Source: Octopus sinensis
Taxonomy: Eukaryota
NCBI RefSeq assembly: GCF_006345805.1
Contig: NC_043000.1
Coordinates: forward strand, 152,520,001-152,584,000
DNA: 64,000 nucleotides
Direction of reading: 5' to 3'
The notes under the pieces were generated by a model. The model was given only the letters and a program-made list of their open reading frames with translations, was not told the origin of the DNA and ran no database searches. The translations under genes and the position numbers were made by a program. Every line of letters begins with the position of its first letter. Positions within the stretch are counted from its first letter, which is position 1. This document shows, piece by piece, positions 23,149 to 35,202 of this stretch.

Positions 23149-23375
23149 TATTTCTTTACTACCCACAAGGGGCTAAACATAGAGGGGACAAACAAGGACA
23201 GACAAAGGAATTAAGTCGATTACATCGACTCCAGTGGGAAACTGGTACTTTATTTATCGACCCCGAAAGGATGAAAGGCAAAGTCGACCTCGGCGGAATT
23301 TGAACTCAGAACGTAACGACAGACGAAATACGGCATTTCGCCCGGCGTGCTAACGTTTCTGCCAGCTCGCCGCCC
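23149..23375 (-). mobile_element. Meta-domain SINE with TSD
   Basis: CCATTGTAAATTATG at 23134-23148 and 23378-23392. Confidence 0.9.
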
Positions 23376-23572
23376 TCCCATTGTAAATTATGATATCGCT
23401 TTTGTTCACAACAGACGACATGCAATCAGCGGAAAGGTGTGCCTTTCAGTTGGAGGATTAAAAAAGCATGTCAGGAAAATATAGGTTATATCATAAAATT
23501 TTTAATCTCATCTAAGTCGCGAAGATCAATTGAATTGCTGCTTATTTTTAAAGCTTTGTGTTTAAAATTTAG

Positions 23573-24205
23573 TACTCTTTACTTGTTTCAGTCATTTGAC
23601 TGCGGCCATGCTGGAGCACCGCCTTAAATCGAGCAACTCGACCCCGGGACTTATTCTTTTGTAAGCCCTGTACTTATTCTATCGGTCTCTTTTGCCGAAC
23701 CGCTAAGAAACGGGGACATAAACACACCAGCATCGGTTGTCAAGCAATGCTAGGGGGACAATCACAGACACACAAACACTCACACGCATATATATATATA
23801 AATATATACATATATACGACGGGCTTCTTTCAGCTTCCGTCTACCAAATCCACTCACAAGGCTTTGGTCGGCCCGAGGCTATAGTAGAAGACACTTAGCC
23901 AAGGTAAACAAGCTACTTACCACACAGCCACTCCTGCGCCTATATATAGTTCCTAATATAGTTCCTTTAAAAACTGAAATCAGATTGTTACTCTTTTACT
24001 TTTTTTACTTGTTTCAGTCATTTTACTGTGGCCATGCTGGAGCACCGCCTTTAGTCAAGCAAATCAACCCCCAGGACTTATTCTTTGTAAGCCTTGTACT
24101 TATTCCATCGGTCTCTTTTACCAAACCGCTAAGTTACGGGGACGTAAACACACTAGTATCGGTTGTCAAGCGATGTTGGTGGGATAGACACACACACACA
24201 CACAT

Positions 24206-24242
<37 letters not shown>

Positions 24243-24420
24243 CTTATACATATATAGGACGGGCTTCTTTCAGTTTCAGTCTGCCAAATCCACTCACAAG
24301 GCTTTGGTCGGCCCGAGGCTATAGTAGAGGACACTTGCCCAAGGTGCTACGCAGTGGGACGGAACCCGGAACCATGTGGTTGGTAAGCAAGCTAATTACC
24401 ACACAGCCACTCCTGCACCT
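23573..24420 (-). mobile_element. Two tandem CORE-like SINEs (about 23573-23940 with head deletion; about 23990-24420)
   Basis: Two successive reverse-complement copies of the family. Confidence 0.85.
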
Positions 24421-24447
24421 ATGCATTTTTACTCGTAAGAAATAATC

Positions 24448-24655
24448 ATGAGTGGATGTGGTAACGGAGGAAAAGGATTGGGCAAAGGGGAGCGCTAAGC
24501 GTCACAGGAAGGTGTTGAGAGATAACATTCAGGATATCACTAAACTCGCTATCCGTCGTCTTGCTCGTCGAGGTGGTGTCGAACGTATCTCTGGTTTGAT
24601 CTACGAAGAGACCCGTGGTGTATTGAAGGTATTTCTTGAGATTGTTACTAAAGAA
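24448..24655 (+). pseudogene. H4: Histone H4 pseudogene, frameshifted and 3'-truncated (copy 2)
   Basis: Same +1 frameshift, same substitutions (IQDITKL, GGVER) and same truncation point as copy 1. Confidence 0.95.
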
Positions 24656-24805
24656 TTTTTCATTAGAATTCAGGTTTCGTGCTAGGTAAGGAGTTCATCT
24701 AACATTTTTTCTTAACAAACCTTTTTAATAAAATCTTGTATTTTTAATTGCTAAGTGTGGCAACTTTAAGTTAACGAGATATGATGCAATATAAATAACA
24801 TCTTT

Positions 24806-25120
24806 AAGGCGGCGAGCTGGTAGAACCGTTAGCACGCCGGGTGAAATGCTTAGAGGTATTATGTCTGCCGTTACGTTCTGAGTTCAAATTCCGCCGAGGT
24901 TGACTTTGCCTTTCATCCTTTGAGGGTCGATTAAATAAGTACCAGTGACGCACTGAGGTCGATATAATCGACTTAATCCGTTTGTCTGTCCTTGTTTGTC
25001 CTCTCTGTGTTTTGCCCCTTGTGGGTAGTAAAGAAATAGGTATTTTGCCCATCGCTACGTTCTGAGTTCAAGTTCCACCGAGGCTGAATTTACCTTTCAT
25101 CCTTTAGAGATTGATAAAAA
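24806..25120 (+). mobile_element. Meta-domain SINE followed by a second, older body unit
   Basis: Tail AAAGAAATA is joined to GGTATTTTGCCCATCGCTACGTTCTGAGTTCAAG, a diverged body start. Confidence 0.8.
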
Positions 25121-25189
25121 AAAGCACTAGATGAGCACTTCCCGGGACCGATGCCCAACGCCTCCATATTGTCAAACTCGGTCTTTGCA

Positions 25190-26390
25190 GTAGCAAGTCT
25201 CTCTGGGACATCGAATCACAAGTGTTGGTGCTACACCCCTGCTAGAAAAAGTGAAATCTATTTTATCCTTTCCCCGTCCCACCACAGGCAAGGCTCTCTA
25301 CCATCGCTTCATCCCTTCCTCAGCAAGAGTGATGAGACCCCTATAAAAGACTATGTCGAAAACATGGCTTTAAAAAATAGGGGGAGTGAGATGGTACAAT
25401 GACCTCAGCTTTCAAATCTACAAAACAAGCCCTAGCTAAAGTAACCCTGTTGTCCCATCCTCATATATCAGCTTGGACTGCACTCACAGTCAATGCCTCC
25501 GTCACAGTCATAAGGGGGCGGTTTTGGAACAAAGCATCAATGATCAGTGGCGACCACTTTCCTTCTTCAGTCAACAACTACGACCACCTGAACAGAAATG
25601 CAGTGCTTTTGACAGGGAACTGCTGGCTGTCTATATAGGTCTCCGCCACTTTCACTATTTTCTTGAAGGCCGCACGTTTACAGTGTTGACAGACCACAAA
25701 CCACTCACCTTCGCTATGAGAAGGGTCTCAGAGCCTTGGACTGCGCGTCAGCAAGGACAGTTATCGGCCTTTTCTGAGTAGACCGCGGACATCCAACACA
25801 TAACTTGGTTTGTCCGTTTCGGTATTCCAGACAGCATCTCATCCGATGGGGGACCACAGCTCACCTCGAAGCTGTGGAATGACATGTGTGACCTTTTTGG
25901 AATCACAATGAAGCGCACAACAGCCTATCATCCACAGGCCAACGGAACATTTGCAATTTTGCGTATGCCTTTCGGCTTGCGAAATGCTGCACAGACTTTC
26001 CGGAGATTCATCGATACGGTTACCCGAGGCTTACCTTTCCTCTATGCCTGTATGAACGACTTATCGTGGCCAGCAGCTCCGACGGCGAACACGAGGGACA
26101 CCCGCACCTGATTTTTCAACGTTTGCGCGAATACGGATCATTATCAACCCCATCAAATGCAACTTTGGAGTTTCGCCCCTTCATTTTCTCAGGCACGTTG
26201 TGGATAAGGATGGAAGTCGTTCGTCCGCTCCCAGATAAGGTTAGATCTATAGTGGGTTTTCCACCATCTACATCACTTCGAAAGCAATGTTCACGCACGC
26301 ACTCAAATAACCAAGTCGCAAGCATCTCCACATGGCTACTAGCATTTTCAGGCCCCAATGAATTTCAGCTATTCGACTTTCATCACGAGA
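25190..26390 (+). mobile_element. Ty3/gypsy pol remnants (RT, RNase H, integrase), rearranged
   Basis: GAVLEQ..WRPLSFFS..FDRELLAVY..TDHKPL (RNase H); FGIPDSISSDGGPQL..TTAYHPQANG (integrase core); MPFGLRNAAQTF (RT). Confidence 0.9.
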
Positions 26391-26429
26391 AAAATAGCGT
26401 AATTTCTTCTGTCACAACTCATGCACACT

Positions 26430-26810
26430 TGGAAGCACTCCGTCGGTTACGACGACGCGGGTTCCGGTTGATCCGATCAACGAAACAGCCTGCTCGTGAA
26501 ATTAACGTGTAAGTGGCTGAGCACTCCACAGACACGTGTACCCTTAACGTAGTTCTCGGGGATATTCAGCGTGACAAGACCGGCCCCTTGAAATACAGGT
26601 ACAACAGAAACAGGAAGTAAGAGTGAGAGAAAGTTGTGGTGAAAGAGTACAGCCGGGATCACCACCATCCCTACCGGAGCCTCGGAGCCTCGTGGAGCTT
26701 TTAGGTGTTTTCGCTCAATAAACACTCACAACGCCCGGTCTGGGAATCGAAACCGCGATCCTACGACCGCGAGTCCGCTGCCCTAACCACTGGGCCATTG
26801 CGCCTCCACT
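26430..26810 (-). mobile_element. tRNA SINE with RTE-type tail and TSD
   Basis: Full copy flanked by ACTCATGC(A/C)CACT. Confidence 0.9.
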
Positions 26811-27720
26811 CATGCCCACTATATTCACTCCGAACTGCCTGCTTCACATTCAATTTCACAGAGCACATTTTTGCATTCGTTCTTCTGGTTTCTTTTTTTT
26901 TTTTTTTGATTGCGAAGTCAATTAACTTTTGCCAGGATTGTGCACACACGCACTCACCCTTTTCACACAAAGGTAAATAGTACGGAACCGCAGCATGTTC
27001 TTGTATCGTTTCGTTTGTCGTACCGACAAATTCACTGGAAGGAGACTCATGTAAAGAACGAATATCAGTTCTATGGCCTGAGATTTGAAACCGCATCTCA
27101 GAATTACTGATCGCACTTTCGCCCGTCAAATCAGTTTGCGGCGGGAAAAGCTTCTTTGTCCTGTGAATTGAAACAATGATTGAGTTTTTAATGACCAGCT
27201 AGGTGAAATTAAGTTCAGATGAACCGAATCTGTCTTGAATATCTAGATAAGGTTTGTCCATCTTTCTATCGGTTGCAGACTTTTATAAATACGACCAACT
27301 GATCAGCCAAAGGGGTCAGTTCCCTGCTTGCGATCGTGAGAGCCTGTTGCAGACGGTTTTGGGTTGAGCAAGAATCGAAGTCACTGGTTCAAATGAAAAC
27401 TATTGTAAGCATCTCTCCTTTCTCACCTGCTCATTTGTTTCACACCGATATCTACTCACACTTGATTAATCTCTCTAAGTGCCATGCCTACAACATTCAC
27501 AGATTACTCTTTCTATCACATCTGTCATACACCCTTTCCTCAGTAGTGATTTCACAAGGCTAAGTAGATTGTCAACAAATGCACACCGTTAACATTGTAT
27601 GTTGATTTTCATCGATCCGACGTGGTTGATTTATAATTGTAAATGTAACGAAAATAAATCATCTTGTTTGAAACTTCGCCTTTGAGTTACAAACTTTTCA
27701 ACAAAAAGACATACTCTACA

Positions 27721-27728
27721 ATCATCAT

Positions 27729-27798
<70 letters not shown>

Positions 27799-27925
27799 CC
27801 ACCACCACCACCACCACCACCACCACCACCACCACCACCACCACCACCACACCACCATCATCATCATCACCACCACCATCATCATCATCATCATCATCAT
27901 CACCACCACCCACCACCACCATCAC

Positions 27926-27962
<37 letters not shown>
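27721..27962. repeat. Compound (CAT)n/(CAC)n trinucleotide tract
   Basis: About 240 bp of CAT and CAC runs read directly. Confidence 0.95.
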
Positions 27963-27963
<1 letters not shown>

Positions 27964-28538
27964 GTTACGTCCGATAACTCCAACCAACACATCATCATCG
28001 TCAGATTTTCGGGCCTCTTCGTCACAGACTTATGGCGGACGTACCGCATACAAGAATTTCGCTGCGGGCTAGCTAGGAAGCTGGTCTGCAGTGAAGTGAA
28101 CTTCCAGTTAGGCGGGACTTCTTCGAAGCAAGTGTTGAACGACAGTTCTCGTCCTCATGTGTTTAACTAAATGTAAGTAATAAATCTTTCACCAATACCC
28201 TCTGGTTCTCCGTTGTTTTTTTTTTTGTGTGTGTATAGCTTAACTAAAGCTCTAAAGGCAATGAATGTTTTACTTGGTTTTGAAACCAGATGGAATAGTA
28301 TTTTGATCACGAAAGAAAGGCGAAATGAGAATAATGCATCGTGAAGGGTCTTAGAATGGTTAGATTCACAGAGATAATATCTCAGAACGGATGTGAGACA
28401 TCCTTCTTGTGGACATTCTTCGGCTTTCTGAAATAATTCTTAAGTATCTGTTTTCAGTGTAAGTGGGAGCAAACTTGCTCAAAGGCGAATCATCAATCTA
28501 GTTTATGCAGTGAAAACTTAATATTAAGAGGGGTTTTG

Positions 28539-28953
28539 GGATCTTTTCGGTTTGAACGGCAGTTTTTAAAAATAATTTCCACGTAACTAAACACTTTTAA
28601 ACTTCGTATACTGGTAGAATGTGTTTATAAAACATCTTTTTCTCTTGGCTTTGTTGAGAAAATTCTATAGTTTGTAAGATATTTGTTGGTTTTTCTTCTT
28701 CAATTTCTGCAATTTCAACCAATCAATGACGTCAATTGAGGTGAAAACATTCTGTGCCGTATGAATATGTCCCTCGTTTAAGAAACAGATTGGGTTTATT
28801 TACATTTCTGAAGAAAAACAGATACCCTCCCCCACCCCTATGCCTAACCCTAAAACAGATTGAAATGCAACAGATCGATACTAGGGTCATAATTATGGGT
28901 GACAATTTCATATGATACCGCTAGAAAAACTGCCGTTCAAACCGAAAAGATCC
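28539..28953. mobile_element. MITE with 8-bp TSD (same family as 12479, opposite orientation)
   Basis: Same TIRs; TSD GGGTTTTG at 28531-28538 and 28954-28961. Confidence 0.9.
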
Positions 28954-29107
28954 GGGTTTTGTCGCAATTGAATTATACTTTATTCATAAAGTAGAGTGCA
29001 TTCTATTTTATTAGAAGCCGAGTCTTCATAAATTCTGATCCTGAATTTCACGGTACCGAATATTTAAGCGACTGAAGTAGAAAGCAGCATGGCTATATAT
29101 ATATCTT

Positions 29108-29838
29108 TACTCTTTTACTTGTTTCAGTCATTTGACTGAGGCCATGCTGGAGCACCGCCTCTCGTCGAAGAAATCGACCCCAGGAATTATTCTTTATAAG
29201 CCGAGTACTTATTTTTTAATCGGTCTCTTTTTGCCGAACCGCTAAGTTACGGGGATGTAAACACACCAGAATCGGTTGTCAAGCGATGCTGGGGGACAAA
29301 CACAGACACATAAACATACATACACACGCGCTCGCGCTCGCGCACACACACACATATATATATATATGTATACTAGCAGTATCGCCCGGCGTTGCTCAGG
29401 TTTGTAAGGGAAATAACTATAAAGCATCTTTAGAGAGTTATAGCCAAAAAATAGCAAAAAAATGGAAAAAAATGATGGTAAATTTTTTTTTGAGATTTAA
29501 AAAAGGTGGAGTTGCGTCCCCTAGACAATTTGTGGTTCGTGTTTCTGATTCTCGACCCCATGTCGAATTTATCAATTTTTTTCAGAACTGGGGGAACTTT
29601 TTCAAAATTTTCACAGCGTTAGTTTTGAATTATGACATTGGGCTATGTGTGTGTCAAGTTTCATCAGAATCGGTTGAAAGCCGTGGTCAGGGTGAGGGTA
29701 CAAGCAAACAGACACACAGAAACACGCACAGACAAACTGCCGTTTATATAGAGAGAGATATATATATACAACAGGCTTCTTTCAGTTTCCGCCTACCAAA
29801 TCGCCCCGAGGCTATAGCAGAAGACACTTGCCCAAGGA
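29108..29838 (-). mobile_element. CORE-like SINE split by a Helitron and truncated in its head
   Basis: Tail half 29108-29370; CORE-like part resumes at about 29760-29838. Confidence 0.8.
29373..29758 (-). mobile_element. Non-autonomous Helitron-type element
   Basis: Minus strand starts 5'-TC and ends in the hairpin CCTGAGCAACGCCGGG then ...CTAG-3'; sits between A and T with no TSD. Confidence 0.75.
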
Positions 29839-30497
29839 CAATAAAACATCCAGATAGACGATATAAAAAAAAAAAACACGGACGGGTCATTCGAAGCCTT
29901 TTATCTTCAGCCAAGAACCGGATCATCCTCGTAATTTCGGCTGATTAATCTTGAGATAGCTCCAATCTGGCCAACTCCAAGGAAAAACTAAGCTAAGAGC
30001 ATTAGATTCCTTGGAAAAAAGCAACAAATGTATACGAAACAAGGACGGAAAAATAAACGATATTACACGAATATGAATACAAAATACAATAAAAAAAACA
30101 ATGATAATAATAATAACAAGACATTACAACAGGCGTCTTTCAACTGGGGACGATTTGAATTCAGCTGGCGTGTATGGAAATTAAGCCTTACGGCAGAGGG
30201 AAGATTATCGACGAGGCAGTGACCACAGTCAAACGCAAAATGGGTAGCAGTCGGCCAACGGTAACGTGAGAAGAGAAGAGAGAGAAAAAAAGGAACAAAG
30301 GAATTAAGGAGGTATACATTCGTTACTTTTTTCCAATGAATCAAATGCTCTTAGCTTAGTTTTTCCTTGGGTCTGTCCAGATTGGAGCAATCTCAAGATT
30401 AATCAGCCGAAATTACGAGGATGATCCGGTTCTTGGCTGAAGATAAAAGTCTTCGTCCGTGTTTTTTTGTATCGCCTATCTGGATGTTTTGTTGTCC
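29836..30497. repeat. Long inverted repeat element (arms about 29836-30035 and 30312-30497)
   Basis: CTTCAGCCAAGAACCGGATCATCCTCGTAATTTCGGCTGATTAATCTTGAGA and its reverse complement are both present. Confidence 0.8.
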
Positions 30498-30599
30498 CCT
30501 TTTGTATCACCTAGTTGCCCGGATGTTTTGCGTTCTTGTCCCATTTTGTATTTTATTTTAGATATATTTATAGCGGCGTACGTATATAGATAGATAGAC

Positions 30600-30662
<63 letters not shown>

Positions 30663-30719
30663 GATAAAACTTACTTGGAAAATGAAGCGTGGCGTTCGAT
30701 CATATAATAATATAAATAA

Positions 30720-31027
30720 CTAGCAGTATCGCCCGGCGTTGCTCGGGTTTGTAAGGGAAATAACTATATAAGCATTTTTAGAGAGTTACTTCCCTTATAT
30801 GACCCGAGCAAAAATCATTAAAAATGCGGAAAAATGATGGTAAATGTTTTTTTAAAATCGTAGACTCATCGTAGATGCGCGCTAATACCTAGAAGGGCTC
30901 GATATGAATGACGACTATAAGATACCCGCTTTTGGTTAAACTGCACCGCAAAATGTGGGAGTATTTAGGAATCTAAATCGGAGGAGACAGAGTCTCACAC
31001 ACACAACTTCAATTTTATATATAAAGA
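30720..31027 (-). mobile_element. Non-autonomous Helitron-type element, second subfamily
   Basis: Same CTAG/hairpin end as 29373 but a different internal body. Confidence 0.75.
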
Positions 31028-31189
31028 TATATAAACACAATGAGAAACGAAAGTGTTTATGTTTTCGTTTCTCATTGTGTTCAAGGTTTTTTTGATGTCC
31101 TGTACCCATATATGCATGTATATATACATATTTATGTAGGTACGTACATATATGTATGTATATGCATATTTATATATATTTATATATAT

Positions 31190-31226
<37 letters not shown>

Positions 31227-32145
31227 TATATATATATATATATTTATTATATATTGTATATATATATACGTGTGTGTTTGTGTTTGTGTGTGTACACGAA
31301 TTCATATAAATATGGTTAATCAACGGCTCATACAGATTTAAATGTCTGCCGAGAAAAACGATAGAAAATACATCACATTTTTATATATTCGAATGTTAGT
31401 GTAAAATGTATAGCACAGTTAATTCATAAACCTGAGCTCTATCGTACAATCTTATGTCTTGGTCAAACAATTTCTGGTCACTTCATTCACAATGAAAACA
31501 AAATTGGTCCCCAGGCTTAACTAAACTGGTTACTTAATAGTACTTAAACTATTAGAATAGTTTCCAAGAAATTGCAAGAGTTAGGCCTCAGTTTCAATCG
31601 GTACAAAACAGAATTTCCTCTTTTAACCTCAGCGGAAGTATTACAAAATAGCACAGGATTTTGTGGTGTACATAAAGATAATGCTCAGGTCACGAACTGG
31701 AAATAACATCTCAAGTTTTATAAAGAGGATATTTAGATATAAATGGGTAGAATTCTATTATATTGAATTAGATGAAATTATAAAAAGTAGGATTTATTGT
31801 CACGAGCCCCATCTGACCAAATTTCCCCCGAGTGTACCAGAGTCAGTCGTTCAAGGATCGGTTTTCTTAGTAAGTTAAGGGCATTTTACTTTTCCTCGTG
31901 ATCTACGGAAACTACACACTACCATCAAGCATATCCAGACACACACACACACATATACACATATACATACATTTATTATATATAGAGAGAGGTAGAGGGA
32001 GACCGACAAATGGGAGATAGAAGAAGGAAGAGAGAGACGTTGACAAATATAGGCTTCAAAATTTTTGCACTAGGCCAGCAAGTTCGGGGATGGGTGTAAG
32101 TCGATTATATCGACCCCAACGCTTATTTTAAAGGATAAAAGACAC

Positions 32146-32520
32146 GAGTGGCTGTGTGGTAAGTAGCTTGTTTACCAGCCACATGGTTCCGGGTTCAGTC
32201 CCACTGCGTGGTACCTTGGGCAAGTGTCTTCTACTAGAGCCTCGGGCCGACCAAAGCCTTGTGAGTGGATTTGGTAGACGGAAACTGAAAGAAGCCCGTC
32301 GTATATATGTATATATATATATATATATGTGTGTGTGTTTGTGTTTGTCCCCCTAGCATGCTGGTGTGTTTATGTCCCCGTAACTTAGCGGTTCGGCAAA
32401 AGAGACCGATAGAATAAGTCCTGGGCTTACAAAAGAATAAGTCCCAGGGTCGAGTTGCTCGATTAAAGGCGGTGCTCCAGCATGGCCGCAGTCAAATGAC
32501 TGAAACAAGTAAAAAGAAAA
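32146..32520 (+). mobile_element. CORE-like SINE
   Basis: Family head, core and tail present. Confidence 0.88.
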
Positions 32521-33386
32521 AAAAGAAAGAAAGAAAGAAAGTTGACCCCGGCGGAATTTAAACTCAGAACCTAAAGACGGACAAAATAGCATGGATTTTT
32601 GTGGCGTGCATAAAGATATTAATGCTCAAATCATGAGCTGGAATAACATCTCAGCTTTATAAAGAAGTTATTTAGTTATAAATGGATGGAATTCTATTAT
32701 ATTCTTTTCTACTCTAGGTACAAGGTCCGAAATTTTTTGGGGGAGGGGACCAGTCGATTAGATCGACTCCAGTACGCAACTGGTACTTAATTTATCGACC
32801 CCGAAAGGATGAAAGGTAAAGTCGACCTCGCCGGAATCTGAACTCAGAACGTAAAGACAGACGAAATACCTATTTCTTTACTAACCCGAAGGGGCTAAAC
32901 ACAGAGAGGACAAACAAGGACAGACAAACGGATTAAGTTGATTATATCAGAACAGACAGACAAACACCTGCTGAAACACTAGCTCAACCTGGCAAGGAGT
33001 TGCAGCTCCCTAGTCTGTGGGAGGGAGTTGCAGTATGAGCTGCAACTCCTTGCTAGGGTGAGTTAGTGCTTCATTTGGTGTTTGTCTGTCTGTTTGTATA
33101 TATGTATAAATGAATGAAAGAATAAAAGGGAGTTGCAAAACAGAGGAAAGAAAATCGAAATTGTAGTTTTGAGAAGGCCAGAGCTACTGCGGCGGATGAG
33201 AAACGCCACAATAGGGGTCATCGTCAGGCCCCCCATCCATCTGACCAAATTTCTCCCAGGAGCGCCAAAGCCAGTCGTTCAAGGATCAATTTTCATAGCT
33301 ACTTAAGAATATCTTACTCTTCCTGATGATCTACAGTGACTAAGCACTACCATAAAGCATATATATGTGTTTACATTTATATATAA

Positions 33387-33748
33387 CTAGCAGTATCGCC
33401 CGGCGTTGCTTGGGTTTGTAAGGGAAGTAACTATATAAGCATTTTTAGAGATGTAAAGTATAATAGCCATCTCAATATGGCTAACCACAAAGTGTGAGTG
33501 GGGTGTTACTGTAAGTTACTTCCCTTATATAATAGCAAAAAAATGCATTAAAAATGGGAAAAAATGATGGTAATTTTTTTTTTAAATCGTAGACTCATCG
33601 TAGACGCGCACTAATACCCAGAAGGGCTTGATATGAATCATGACTATAAGATACCCGGTTTTGGTTAAACTGCACCGCAAAATGTGGGAGTAGTTAGGAA
33701 TCTAAATCGTAGGAGACAGACACTCAACTTCACTTTTATATATAAAGA
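33387..33748 (-). mobile_element. Non-autonomous Helitron-type element, second subfamily
   Basis: Shares body AATCGTAGACTCATCGTAG...AATCTAAATCG with 30720-31027. Confidence 0.75.
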
Positions 33749-34275
33749 TAGAGAGAAAGGCAGAGAGAGACTAATAAATGGGAGCGAGAAAGTAGAAGTG
33801 AGAGACGTTGAGAAATATAGGTTTCAAATATTTTGCACAATGTCAGCAAGTTCGGTTGCTGAGGATGAAAGGCAAAGGTAGCCTCGGTGGAATTTGAACT
33901 CAGAACGTAAAGACGGACAAAATGCCCACTAAGCATTTTAGTCGGCGTGCTTATCGATTCTGCCTGCTCGCCACCCTGACATTGCGTAGTATTAATATAT
34001 TTTGATATTGCAGTCGTTTTAGAATCTAGAACAGTTTTATTTAAAGAAAAATATAATAGAGGAACGGGAAAAGTATTTCATTCTTCAAGTATAAAATTTC
34101 ATATGAACTGTTGTATTTATCTAAGTAAATAACCTAGATATGTTTTTAAAGTGGATACTTTTGGAGTAGACTTAAATTACAACTTGTATGTCTACCGGAA
34201 GTATCACTATGGCTGTCACCGTGTCACTAGAGGATACGATTTGTAAACATAAACATATACGTACATAGAGTATAC

Positions 34276-35061
34276 ATATTTCTTTACTACCCACAAGGGG
34301 CTAAACACAGAGAGGACAAACACGGACAGACAAACGGATTAAGTCGATTATATCGACTCCAGTGCGTAACTGGTACTTATTTAATCGACCCCGAAAGAAT
34401 GAAAGGCAAAGTCGACCTCGGCGGAATTTGAACTCGGAACGTAACGGCAGACGAAATACCTATTTCTTTACTACCCACAAGGAGCTAAACACAGAGAGGA
34501 CAAACAAGGACAGACAAACGGATTAAGTCGATTATATCGACCCCAGTGCGTAACTGGTACTCAATTTATCGACCCCGAAAGGATGAAAGGCAAAGTCGAG
34601 CTCAGCGGAATTTGAACTCAGAACGTAACGGCAGACGAAATACCTATTTCTTTACTACCCACAAGGAGCTAAACACAGAGAGGACAAACAAGGACAGACA
34701 AACGGATTAAGTCGATTAGATTGACCCCAGTGCGTAACTGGTACTTAATTTATCGACCCCGAAAGGATGAAAGGCAAAGTCGAGCTCGGCGGAATTTGAA
34801 CTCAGAACGTAACGGCAGACGAAATACCTATTTCTGTACTGCCCACAAGGGGCTAAACACAGAGAGGACAAACAAGGACAGACAAACGGATTAAGTCGAT
34901 TATATGGACCCCAGTGCGTAACTGGTACTTAATTAATCGACCCCGAAAGGATGAAAAGCAAAGTCGACCTTGGCGGAATTTGAACTCAGAACTTAGCGGT
35001 AGACGACATACTGCTAAGCATTTCGCCCGGCGTGCTAACGATTCTGCCATCTCGCCGCCTT
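34276..35061 (-). mobile_element. Meta-domain SINE tetramer (one head, four 184-bp units) with 19-bp TSD
   Basis: Junction TACCTATTTC at 34457, 34641 and 34825; TSD ATACGTACATAGAGTATAC at 34257-34275 and 35062-35080. Confidence 0.92.
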
Positions 35062-35171
35062 ATACGTACATAGAGTATACGTATATACATATGCACACAG
35101 CACACATATATAAATGAATACAAATACATATGCATATATACATATACATTTAACCACACATGCATACATTC

Positions 35172-35202
<31 letters not shown>

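Noticed and set aside
27664-28170. 168-aa poly-Ser/Pro/His ORF and its antisense poly-Met/Val ORF
   Set aside because: Translation of a CAT/CAC microsatellite; no domain or splice support.
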